A stretch of DNA of 64,000 nt from Candidatus Woesearchaeota archaeon (GCA_043803105.1 JAZDKJ010000006.1:364222-428221), one strand, 5' to 3'; shown: positions 35,878 to 44,031, counted from the first letter of the stretch. Made by a program: numbers and translations. The notes: generated by a model from the sequence alone, not told the origin.

Positions 35878-36495
35878 ATGAAGAAGCTGGTTGCCTTTGC
35901 CTTTCTCCTTGTCCTTTTGGCCTGCGTTGTGAAAGCTGCAGGAATCTCAGTCACTTATGCCTATATCGAGCTGAACGTGACTAATGAGCCTCCGAGCATT
36001 GTCTCTCTATCTGTTGGAGACCCTGTGGTGTACGAGGACTCGGAAATTGTCTGCAACGCCACGGCTTTAGACAGGGAAAATAATGATATCAATTATCATT
36101 ATTCTTGGTCTATAAACAATCAGCCTGTTGCAGAAACCGGCCGCGTGTTTCATACCGGAGCGTTAAAGCCAGGCGATTCTGTGAGTTGCATTGCTGTTCC
36201 TTTTGACATGTTTGCAAACGGCACTTCTGCTGTTGCCTCAACAACAATCCAAGACATGCCTGTCGCAGTGAGGGCAGTTAAGCAAGGTCTCTCCCTTGTT
36301 GGAGTTGACGCAAAAGCACAAGCAATCTCTGGAGCTACACAAAGAGGCCTGCTCGCCACAACCGGTTTTGTTGCTGGACAGGTTTCTTCAAGCACTGCCG
36401 GCTCTGTTGGTTTGCTCCTTGCCATTGTTGCTTTTCTTGTTTTCCTGAACCTTAACCTTGCCCTAAGGTTGAAAAAGAAGCTTTCTCGGGGTTAG
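35878..36495 (+). CDS. secreted protein with C-terminal membrane anchor, hypothetical
   Basis: 205-aa ORF with a signal peptide, a C-terminal TM helix and a basic tail. Confidence 0.5.
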   Translation: MKKLVAFAFLLVLLACVVKAAGISVTYAYIELNVTNEPPSIVSLSVGDPVVYEDSEIVCNATALDRENNDINYHYSWSINNQPVAETGRVFHTGALKPGDSVSCIAVPFDMFANGTSAVASTTIQDMPVAVRAVKQGLSLVGVDAKAQAISGATQRGLLATTGFVAGQVSSSTAGSVGLLLAIVAFLVFLNLNLALRLKKKLSRG

Positions 36496-36526
36496 CTTTA
36501 TAACAACAAGCGCACTGCCAAGATTC

Positions 36527-36874
36527 ATGGGTATCGATAATATTGCAAACGAGATTATGAAATCACACTTTACAGTTATTGACCTTGGCAAGGAAACTGA
36601 TATCTCAAAACTCTGGGAAACACTTCTTATCATAGCTGCTTCTAAAAAACCTGTTTATATCCTCAAAGAAGCAGGCTTTGAAGGAGCAATTCCAGGCGGC
36701 TTGCTTATCAAGCGCATGATTACCTATGAGGGTCCCGAAGACTCGGCATCACATAAAGAAGCTAGCAGGCAGCTCGAGTCATGGGCAAGGATAGAGACCA
36801 ATGCAGAACCTATCAGGGAATTGTTTGACCATTTCCCTGCATGCCTGTTGCACAAAAAGCTTATATACCATTAG
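36527..36874 (+). CDS. hypothetical protein
   Basis: 115-aa ORF. Confidence 0.4.
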   Translation: MGIDNIANEIMKSHFTVIDLGKETDISKLWETLLIIAASKKPVYILKEAGFEGAIPGGLLIKRMITYEGPEDSASHKEASRQLESWARIETNAEPIRELFDHFPACLLHKKLIYH

Positions 36875-36889
36875 GCTTTTTGTTCTGCC

Positions 36890-37201
36890 ATGGCGATTTC
36901 TTACAAGCAAAGATGCATGCGGTGCAAAAAGAATATGGTCATGGTGACTTCAAGGACTTTTTTCCCAGTCTGTTACGATTGTGAAAAGAATGATTTGCAT
37001 GGTCTGGTCAAGAACCCTAAGATGAAAAAGCTCTTTAATATTCCAGAATCCTTCTATGTAGAGAATACTTTCCTGCGCTCAATAAAGATCAATTACCTGA
37101 AGTTTGGCAGCCTCTCAGAAAAGCAGATTGCAAGCTTCAAGAAGACTGTGGAAGAGTTAAAGAAAAAACCCGTAAGCCTCATACCCCCCAGACAGGGTTA
37201 G
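36890..37201 (+). CDS. zinc-ribbon protein, hypothetical
   Basis: 103-aa ORF with CMRC...CYDC. Confidence 0.45.
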   Translation: MAISYKQRCMRCKKNMVMVTSRTFFPVCYDCEKNDLHGLVKNPKMKKLFNIPESFYVENTFLRSIKINYLKFGSLSEKQIASFKKTVEELKKKPVSLIPPRQG

Positions 37202-38942
37202 ATTTTCTCATTATTATGGCTATCTCTTTCAAGACCTCAGTCTCTTCACGGCCAAGAAGCTTCCTGTACTCCTTTAGTTTTCGGAAATCATCCTCAGGCA
37301 CCGAGCTGTAAAGTGTGTCTCCTTCTTTTATCTGTCTTCCAACAGTGAGGTGCTCAAGGCTCACCGCAACCTGCTTTCCCCGCTCAGCTTTCTCAAGGTT
37401 TTCCTGCTCTGCTTGTATGCTTTTTATCCTGCTAATCTCCTTGCCTTGCGCGTTCATTACAGGCATTCCTGTTCTTATTGTCCCTGCCTCCACCTCTACT
37501 CCTACTACTGCAGGATTGTTTTGCCTGAAAACATAGCCTTTCATGAGTTTGAATTTTGCCGGCCTGACCACCTTGTCCAGTTCTCCCAGCTCTTGTTTCT
37601 TTGACATCTCCTGTTTCCATGCCTCAAGGTCTTCCAGCAGTTTATAGATTATGTCGTGGACTATCACCTTCACATGGTCCAGGCACAACCCTGATTCGTC
37701 CTTGACATTGAACCCGAGCACCACTGCCATCAGCGGATCTTTTTCATAGTTGCTTTCCGCTTCCATAAGGTCTTTTCTCGTTATCGGCCCAACCCCTGCC
37801 TTTCTTATCTCGACTCCGCCGTCCTTCAGGAGCTTGACCATAGCCTCCATGCTGCCAAGCGTGTCTGCCTTTACTATTATTCCTTCCTTGTTTGTTTCAA
37901 TTAGTGCCTCGCTTATCTCGCGCATTATTTCTCTGCTGGTTTTCTCCAGGTTCTGCTGGCTTGTTGCCCTGATTGGCATTCCTGCTATCGCTGTCTCAAT
38001 GTCCGGTGCAGCAATCTTTACCCCTGTCGCTGCAACTGCTTTTCTGACCTTTGTGTATTTTGCCTTTTTGTCTCGCATCTCTTCAAGTGGCAATGGTTCA
38101 AGAAGAGCCTTAACTTTTGTTATGATGGGTTTCTCTATGCCCCCAATTACTATGATATCATTTACCTTGAGGATCCCATCGTATATGATCACATCGATTG
38201 TTGTACCAAAACCACGTTCCTCCTTCACCTCGAGGATTGTTCCCTTGGCTGGTCCGCTTGCATCAATTTTTAGGTTGGTTTCAAGGTATCTTTGAGCTAG
38301 GCCTGTTAGCATTACGAGGAGTTCTGGTATGCCCTCTCCTGTTTTTGCAGATACTGGGACGATGATTATTTGTTTTGTAAAGTCCTCTACTCTGTCATAT
38401 CTTTCAGAATTAAGGCCGAGCTTGCTTAATTCTCCCAGTATCTGATAGACTCTCTTGTCAAGCTGCTCTTGCACTGAACTGCTCTGCTTGCTTATGTTCT
38501 CCAGCAAATGCTCTGCCTTATGCTGCCAGCCTGCAATTAAGTCTATCTTGTTCGCAGCGACAATAAATGGTGTCTTGCTATGCTTGAGTATCTCTATTGC
38601 CTCGACTGTCTGTGGCTTGAATCCCTCGTTGACATCGATAACCACAATTGCGATGTCAGCTAGGCTGCCTCCTCTCTTTCTTAGGCTTGTGAATGCAGCA
38701 TGCCCTGGAGTGTCAATGAAAAGAAGGCCTGGTATCGTGAATTTTGTGTTGAGCGCTTCCAGCAATGGGCCGCATATCTTCTTTATGACTTCAAGCGGTA
38801 TTATTGAAGCGCCTATTGCCTGTGTTATCCTTCCCGCTTCTGTCTCAACTATGGCAGTGCCCCTGATCTTGTCTAGCAGGCTTGATTTTCCATGGTCCAC
38901 ATGCCCAAGCACTGTGCATATTGGGCTTCTTATCTCTGGCAT
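37179..38942 (-). CDS. infB: translation initiation factor aIF5B
   Basis: 587-aa ORF with GHVDHGKSSLLD, DTPGH and NKID motifs. A TATA box (CTTTAAATAC) lies about 22 nt upstream. Confidence 0.95.
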   Translation of the reverse strand: MPEIRSPICTVLGHVDHGKSSLLDKIRGTAIVETEAGRITQAIGASIIPLEVIKKICGPLLEALNTKFTIPGLLFIDTPGHAAFTSLRKRGGSLADIAIVVIDVNEGFKPQTVEAIEILKHSKTPFIVAANKIDLIAGWQHKAEHLLENISKQSSSVQEQLDKRVYQILGELSKLGLNSERYDRVEDFTKQIIIVPVSAKTGEGIPELLVMLTGLAQRYLETNLKIDASGPAKGTILEVKEERGFGTTIDVIIYDGILKVNDIIVIGGIEKPIITKVKALLEPLPLEEMRDKKAKYTKVRKAVAATGVKIAAPDIETAIAGMPIRATSQQNLEKTSREIMREISEALIETNKEGIIVKADTLGSMEAMVKLLKDGGVEIRKAGVGPITRKDLMEAESNYEKDPLMAVVLGFNVKDESGLCLDHVKVIVHDIIYKLLEDLEAWKQEMSKKQELGELDKVVRPAKFKLMKGYVFRQNNPAVVGVEVEAGTIRTGMPVMNAQGKEISRIKSIQAEQENLEKAERGKQVAVSLEHLTVGRQIKEGDTLYSSVPEDDFRKLKEYRKLLGREETEVLKEIAIIMRKSNPVWGV

Positions 38943-39088
38943 ATTCTCTGCATATTTTGGGCTGTATTTAAAGGTTTTCAGGATACAAGGAAAGTTAGGA
39001 TTTCATGTCCTTTTGTAATTTCTTCAGAAGGCAATCCACACCTTGTAATATATTATCTTCTTGAGGTTTTCAATATCGATAAATTTTG

Positions 39089-39242
39089 CGCCCGGTCAGG
39101 GATTTTCACTTGATGAGATTTGAACTGTCAGAAATTCACTGAATTTCTGAGCATGCTCGGAAACATAGTTTCCGACACCTGGAGACCTGTGATGGTCAAT
39201 TGCTTTTCAGGCAACCGCGATACCCGATTACGCTAGCCCGGC
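39089..39242 (-). tRNA. tRNA-Phe: tRNA-Phe(GAA)-like, multi-intron, imperfect acceptor stem
   Basis: GCCGGGC TA GCGT AATCGGGTA TCGC G GTTGC CTGAAAA GCAAT TGAC...[hairpin-rich insert]...G TTCAAAT[CTCATCAAGTGAAAAT] CCCTG ACCGGGC G. The acceptor pairs only 5/7 and the T-stem 5' strand needs a further intron. Confidence 0.4.
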
Positions 39243-39360
39243 CTCGCACATTTCTAAATTGACCTGAACCTTAATATGTTCAATTGAGAATTTTCCGTAA
39301 GTTCTGCGACAAAACCGAGCAAAATCTTATATACCAGAATGCTTACAAACTTTATGACCT

Positions 39361-39389
39361 GCGATTTAATTACCTGATTACGCGAGCCC
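39361..39389 (-). other. Partial duplicate of the tRNA-Phe-like acceptor 3' end plus D arm
   Basis: GGGCTCGCGTAATCAGGTA[ATTAAA]TCGC compared with GGGCTAGCGTAATCGGGTATCGC (17 of the first 19 nt identical). A TATATAAAAA box abuts it at 39390-39399. Confidence 0.5.
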
Positions 39390-39452
39390 TTTTTATATAG
39401 TATTTTCTGTAGATTTGACCAATGGCTCAAGTAGCCTTGGCCAGAAATAAAA

Positions 39453-39654
39453 TGGGGCTGCTGGGATTTCCATGCTTCTAGGACGGTCTTTTGGCATCAG
39501 CCAAAAGCCTTTTCCCAGGTTTTTGCATATTGCAAAAAGCTGTTTGGACCCAGATTAGGAGGTTTTCCGCTGAAAACCTTAGGTCAAATGCCCCGAACCT
39601 CCAGTGATAGTTTCTCGAAGAGTTTCTCTCTTCTCCAAGTTACACTACAGCCCC
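39453..39654 (-). tRNA. tRNA-Pro: tRNA-Pro(CGG), 202 nt, three introns (D-loop 25 nt, anticodon loop 28 nt, T-loop about 76 nt)
   Basis: GGGGCTG TA GTGT AACTTGG[AGAAGAGAGAAACTCTTCGAGAAAC]TA TCAC T GGAGG TTCGGG[28 nt] CCTCC TAAT CTGGG TCCAAAC[AGCTTTTTGC...GCATGGAAAT] CCCAG CAGCCCC A. Confidence 0.7.
39635..39654 (-). repeat. 20-nt perfect direct repeat, copy 1 (first 20 nt of tRNA-Pro(CGG))
   Basis: GGGGCTGTAGTGTAACTTGG, identical to 41164-41183. The flanking bases differ on both sides. Confidence 0.9.
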
Positions 39655-39809
39655 ATAGGTTGAACTGGAAAGCCACACTGTTGTATGACCTTCCTATAAC
39701 TGCTAAACAGCAGGGTGTTAAAAAGGTTGCGATGGAACGTAACGATGTGATATATTAGAATTTTATGTGCCTCTTACCCTTCAGCAATGTGCAGATTCTG
39801 CTAATTAAA

Positions 39810-39821
39810 TTTATATATAAA
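39810..39821 (+). promoter_or_regulatory. TATA box (TTTATATATAAA) upstream of tyrS
   Basis: Read directly. Ends 34 nt before the ATG at 39856. Confidence 0.45.
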
Positions 39822-39855
39822 GAACTGTTTTATTGTTGCAATCGCTTGCATCACT

Positions 39856-40989
39856 ATGGATAACAGAGCAAAATTTGAACTTATAACGAGAAATTTAGAA
39901 GAAGTACTAACACCTGCAGATTTAATGAAACTCATTGAAAATGATGAGCCTTTAAAGCATTATATTGGTTTTGAAATAAGTGGTAAGGTGCATCTTGGAA
40001 CTGGACTTATGTGTATGTCCAAAATTAAAGACTTCATGGATGCAGGTGCGGATGTTTCTGTGTTTCTTGCTGACTGGCATAGTTGGATTAATGATAAACT
40101 TGGTGGAGACAGAGAAGTTATCAAAAAAATTGCCGTCGGATATTTCAAAGAAGCGATGAAGGCTAGCCTTCTTTGTCTTGGTGGTAATCCTGAAAAAATA
40201 AGATTTGTACTTGGTACAGAACTTTATCACAATAATGACGATTATTGGGCAACCATGATTGATGTAAGTAAAAATACGACTCTAGGCAGGATGACTCGGA
40301 GCATTACAATCCTTGGAAGAAAAGAAGGGGAGGGAGTTGATTTTGCAAAATTGATCTATCCTGCAATGCAGGTTTCAGATATTTTTGTTCAGAAATTGAA
40401 CATACCTCATGCAGGAATTGATCAAAGGAAAGCGCAAGTTATTGCAAGAGAAGTTGCTTTAAAAATGAAAGTAAGTCAAATTACTGATAAAGAGGGTAAT
40501 AAAATTAAACCCGTTGCCCTGCATCATCATCTGTTACTAGGTCTTGGCAAACCCCCGGTATGGCCTGTTCCTCAAGATAAATTACAGGATTTATGGTCAT
40601 CAATGAAGATGAGCAAGTCCAAGCCGGACACTTGTGTTTTTGTTCACGATAGTCCTGATGAAATTAAAAGAAAGATTGCAAAGGCATTCTGCCCTGAAGG
40701 TGAAACTGTGTTCAATCCAGTACTTGATTGGGCTAAATATTTATTGTTCAGAGAGACGACTGATGAACTTATAGTAAAAAGGCCTGAAAAATTCGGTGGA
40801 ACTGTTATATATACAACTTACGAAAAACTTGAAAAAGATTTTGCAGACAAAAAAGTTCATCCAATGGACCTTAAAGATTCAGTTGCTGAAAGTTTAATTA
40901 AACTACTTGAACCTGCAAGAATCCATTTTGAAAAACCTGAAATCAAAAAGACGTTGGATCAGCTTAACAAGCTCATAACCACAAGGTGA
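39856..40989 (+). CDS. tyrS: tyrosyl-tRNA synthetase (archaeal type)
   Basis: 377-aa ORF, recalled as collinear with M. jannaschii TyrRS: IGFEISGKVHLGT, LADWHSWIN, IYPAMQVSD, KMSKS, RPEKFGG and HPMDLK. Markedly more A+T-rich than its neighbours. Confidence 0.9.
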   Translation: MDNRAKFELITRNLEEVLTPADLMKLIENDEPLKHYIGFEISGKVHLGTGLMCMSKIKDFMDAGADVSVFLADWHSWINDKLGGDREVIKKIAVGYFKEAMKASLLCLGGNPEKIRFVLGTELYHNNDDYWATMIDVSKNTTLGRMTRSITILGRKEGEGVDFAKLIYPAMQVSDIFVQKLNIPHAGIDQRKAQVIAREVALKMKVSQITDKEGNKIKPVALHHHLLLGLGKPPVWPVPQDKLQDLWSSMKMSKSKPDTCVFVHDSPDEIKRKIAKAFCPEGETVFNPVLDWAKYLLFRETTDELIVKRPEKFGGTVIYTTYEKLEKDFADKKVHPMDLKDSVAESLIKLLEPARIHFEKPEIKKTLDQLNKLITTR

Positions 40990-41074
40990 TTTTATTCCTT
41001 TTTGTATGTTTATTCTAGATAGTTAATATTAGAATACAAAATTTCAGGATTAGCCTAAAATGTTTTATGCTTCT

Positions 41075-41183
41075 TTTCGAATTCCGGTCGGACGCATTCT
41101 GGTTTCATCCTCAAGCGTAAGTGATAGTTGCTTCAGGCAACCGAGCGAACTGGTTGGCGCTGGCCAAGTTACACTACAGCCCC
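41075..41183 (-). pseudogene. Truncated tRNA: Pro-like body, anticodon GAG, no 3' acceptor strand nearby
   Basis: GGGGCTG TA GTGT AACTTGG[37-nt insert ending AAGCAAC]TA TCAC T TACGC TTGAGG[12 nt] GCGTC CGAC CGGAA TTCGAAA... No CAGCCCC follows before the tyrS stop. Confidence 0.5.
41164..41183 (-). repeat. 20-nt perfect direct repeat, copy 2
   Basis: GGGGCTGTAGTGTAACTTGG, identical to 39635-39654. Confidence 0.9.
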
Positions 41184-41290
41184 GTTGATTGTTATTGTTT
41201 CGCGAAGCTCACAAGAAACCTGATAGTTTCTTGGGAGTCCCAAAAAACTTCAAGTTTTTTGTGACGAAAGGCGACTGAAAGGAGTGTAAA

Positions 41291-41330
41291 GGTGCCAGCT
41301 GACTTCTCAGCTGAGTAGCACTACAGCCCC
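41291..41330 (-). ncRNA. Truncated tRNA 5' copy (GGGGCTGTAGTG...) plus conserved 23-nt hairpin
   Basis: GGGGCTGTAGTGCTACTCAGCTGAGAAGTCAGCTGGCACC. The hairpin CAGCTGAGAAGTCAGCTGGCACC (41313-41291) carries a compensatory C1/G18 change relative to the other two copies. Confidence 0.6.
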
Positions 41331-41358
41331 AATTACTCAAACCAATTCGGTCGATTGC

Positions 41359-41366
41359 TTAAAAAA
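41359..41366 (-). promoter_or_regulatory. TATA-like box (TTTTTTAA) 28 nt upstream of the truncated copy
   Basis: Read directly. The spacing is the same 28 nt seen at the tRNA-Tyr locus. Confidence 0.4.
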
Positions 41367-41374
41367 TTTGTGCT

Positions 41375-41920
41375 TTGCCAAGCTTTTTAAGGGTTTTAGA
41401 TACTCCGTCCTGCATGGAGAGGGCACCACAGCAAAAACCTAGCCGTGAGTTGTTGATAGAAAAATTCCTCCAGGACAACCAGTTTAATCTCGAAGATGTG
41501 ATATCCAAGGACGAGATTTTCCAAAGCGCGAATGACCTTGCTTCAGCTATATACAAGAAGAGACCATCATACATAACCTTCAAGGATTATAATTTAGGTA
41601 TAACAAGCAGGTTTCCACAGACACCAGAATTTGAGGTCATGATGCTTTACCAGGTCCACGAGACTGCTTTGAAGTTCAAGCAGCAAGGATACAACGAACT
41701 TAGCTGGAACCAGCTTAAATCAGCATACCTAAAAGTCCACTTACAATCAAGGCATGACGCTGCTGGACGCCATGCCAGGTACAACTCACATTTTCCAAAA
41801 GCCCCAAAAGAGTTTGTTAGAGGCAAACATCCTGTGCACAGCATGCTGCTTACCTTGGACAGCATGGCTGTAGATATACTCCTCCATTATGCCACTTTGC
41901 GAATATACAAGAAAAGATAG
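41375..41920 (+). CDS. hypothetical protein
   Basis: 181-aa ORF. The true start may be the ATG at 41414 (MERAPQQ). Confidence 0.45.
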   Translation: MPSFLRVLDTPSCMERAPQQKPSRELLIEKFLQDNQFNLEDVISKDEIFQSANDLASAIYKKRPSYITFKDYNLGITSRFPQTPEFEVMMLYQVHETALKFKQQGYNELSWNQLKSAYLKVHLQSRHDAAGRHARYNSHFPKAPKEFVRGKHPVHSMLLTLDSMAVDILLHYATLRIYKKR

Positions 41921-41926
41921 AAAATA

Positions 41927-42529
41927 TTGGTCTGGCAGAAAATATTAAATAGTTGCGTTTCAGGTTCATTGTTTATGGACAAGCTGGAACAGGCAGGTTT
42001 CTTCCAGGCAGCGCTTATCAATCTATTGCTTGGAAACTTTATACTTGGCGGGCTTCTGGCGTCGATTTTCTTTCTTTTCTTTGAAGCTATTATTGTGCAA
42101 TTTATTTGTATAGCATTAGTTGGCTTATACAGTGGTTGGCTGACAATCTCTGTGATGGCCGGCTTTGAAATGAACTCAAGCCAAAAAGTCCTTGCAGGAG
42201 CGCTTTGCCCTATTCCTGTTGTTTGCCTGTTATTTGTCGAGCAATTCATTTTCAGCAGGCTTGGAGCACAGCTTCAGATGCTTGGAGCCCCTGTGCAGAG
42301 CACTGCTGCATCAATTTCGAATATTTTTGGCCATCCCTCTCTGCAGGTCACCATTATCTTCATTTCTGTCTACTATCTTGCATTCAATTTCTTTGCGATA
42401 CGGGAGATTGACCGAGCAAAACAATTCAGTTCTTTAGGTTGGTACTCATTCGGCTTGATTTTGTTGACATTGATTGTTCTATTAGCAAGGTTCCTGGCTG
42501 CATCAGTCACCGGTGCCAAAGTGTCCTGA
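41927..42529 (+). CDS. polytopic membrane protein, hypothetical
   Basis: 200-aa ORF with about 5 TM helices. Confidence 0.5.
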   Translation: MVWQKILNSCVSGSLFMDKLEQAGFFQAALINLLLGNFILGGLLASIFFLFFEAIIVQFICIALVGLYSGWLTISVMAGFEMNSSQKVLAGALCPIPVVCLLFVEQFIFSRLGAQLQMLGAPVQSTAASISNIFGHPSLQVTIIFISVYYLAFNFFAIREIDRAKQFSSLGWYSFGLILLTLIVLLARFLAASVTGAKVS

Positions 42530-42569
42530 TTTGGCAACTTTTATATATTGAAGTTTGTGATAATGTGTT

Positions 42570-43121
42570 GTGCCAAGAAAAAAGAGGGTTGTTCAGCATA
42601 ATGTGCTTGAGTACCTATACATGATGATATTTATTGCCTCTGTTGCGCTGGTGGTATTTATCCTTTTTTCTGGAGGTCTTAGAGCAAAGTCAGAGGAGCT
42701 TCGCAGGCTTAAGGTGATTGATGATTTCAAGACCTCGCTTAACCTTGAGAGGCAGGCTTGCGGTTATAAGTGCGACACAGCCTGGTCTTCTGGCTGCGAA
42801 GAAGATTCTGTTGCCCAGTTCTGTTTAATTTCAGTAGAGCTCGATGTTGAGCACAATGGAAAGTTTGACTACAGTGAAAATATTATCCCGGGAACAGGCG
42901 TTTGCGAAGACAAGGTCTTTTGCTCCCAGCTTGTCAGTTGCGATTGTGTCCAAGGGATGAGAGAATGCATTGATTTCCTGTGCCATTACTGGAAGGAGAG
43001 AGACATGGACGGTTCCAAGGCATTGAACATGAACCTTGTTCCTGGCTCATGCGATTACCTTAACGAGCCTTTGCATTGGTACAATCAATTGAGAACCTCT
43101 GAAGGCTTGGCCTGCAGTTAA
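42570..43121 (+). CDS. membrane-anchored Cys-rich protein, hypothetical
   Basis: 183-aa ORF with an N-terminal TM helix followed by a Cys-rich ectodomain. Confidence 0.5.
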   Translation: MPRKKRVVQHNVLEYLYMMIFIASVALVVFILFSGGLRAKSEELRRLKVIDDFKTSLNLERQACGYKCDTAWSSGCEEDSVAQFCLISVELDVEHNGKFDYSENIIPGTGVCEDKVFCSQLVSCDCVQGMRECIDFLCHYWKERDMDGSKALNMNLVPGSCDYLNEPLHWYNQLRTSEGLACS

Positions 43122-43456
43122 CGCTTCTGTTCCCTTAAGAGCCGCACAGTGTCCCTTAGTGCTGCAGTAAGTTCGTCTTTTCCACTGGATTTATCGAACA
43201 CAACTGACTCTCTCATCTCTCTGATGATATCATTTCTTGCTGCCCTGATGGCATTTACTGCTTCTCCCTGCTGCCCTGTCTGCTGGAGTATGTTCGTAAC
43301 CTTCTCTTCAAAATCCTTCAGCGCCTTGAAGATGTAGCTGTGCTGGCTATGTATCAGCTGGTGAGTGCTATTTAGGTCAAGCTTGTCTATCTTGTGGTGC
43401 AATGCCTCTATGCTTCTAGAGAGGTTTGCGATTTGTTCCTCAACCGCTAATGGCAT
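43118..43456 (-). CDS. coiled-coil protein, hypothetical
   Basis: 112-aa ORF. Confidence 0.4.
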   Translation of the reverse strand: MPLAVEEQIANLSRSIEALHHKIDKLDLNSTHQLIHSQHSYIFKALKDFEEKVTNILQQTGQQGEAVNAIRAARNDIIREMRESVVFDKSSGKDELTAALRDTVRLLREQKR

Positions 43457-43503
43457 GTGCGCTCCTCCTGTTTGCGCTTATATAAACTTTTGTAATCACT
43501 TCT

Positions 43504-44031
43504 CTAAGGTATTCTTCTCAATTGCCTGACAAGGTAATTTTGCGAGTCATCAGGCAGCTTATGTCTTGCCTCTTCCTGCACAATTGGCTTTGCCTCTTCT
43601 TTTTTGGCGAACGGATTCTCTGCCAAGGGCTTGAGGATAAGTTCTACAGTTGACATTTCCTCTTCGCTTAGCTGTTTCGTCTTCCACTCAAGGTTAAGGC
43701 CGTCGTTCTCCATCCTTGGTATTATCTGGATCGTGAAATGTGCGTACATTTGTCCAGCAGCAACTCCATTGTTGACAAGGATATTTGTGCCGTGCATGCC
43801 CAGGCTTTCGAACACTGAGGTTGATATCTTGTTTGCCATAACAAAGAGTTTTTCGAGCTCGTCGTCCGGCACCTGTTCGAGTATTGTATAATGCTTTTTC
43901 GGGAAGAGAAGTACCTGGCCTGGAGTGCTCGGTTTGTCATGGAGCACCGCCTTCATCATGTCATCTTCATAGACAGTGAATTCTGCCCTGCCCAAGGCAA
44001 GGTTGCATATTGTACAATCTTCTTTGTTCAT
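43504..44031 (-). CDS. HIT-family protein with degenerate histidine triad
   Basis: 175-aa ORF with an N-terminal CTIC. The triad position reads AHFTIQIIPR instead of HxHxHxx. Confidence 0.7.
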   Translation of the reverse strand: MNKEDCTICNLALGRAEFTVYEDDMMKAVLHDKPSTPGQVLLFPKKHYTILEQVPDDELEKLFVMANKISTSVFESLGMHGTNILVNNGVAAGQMYAHFTIQIIPRMENDGLNLEWKTKQLSEEEMSTVELILKPLAENPFAKKEEAKPIVQEEARHKLPDDSQNYLVRQLRRIP

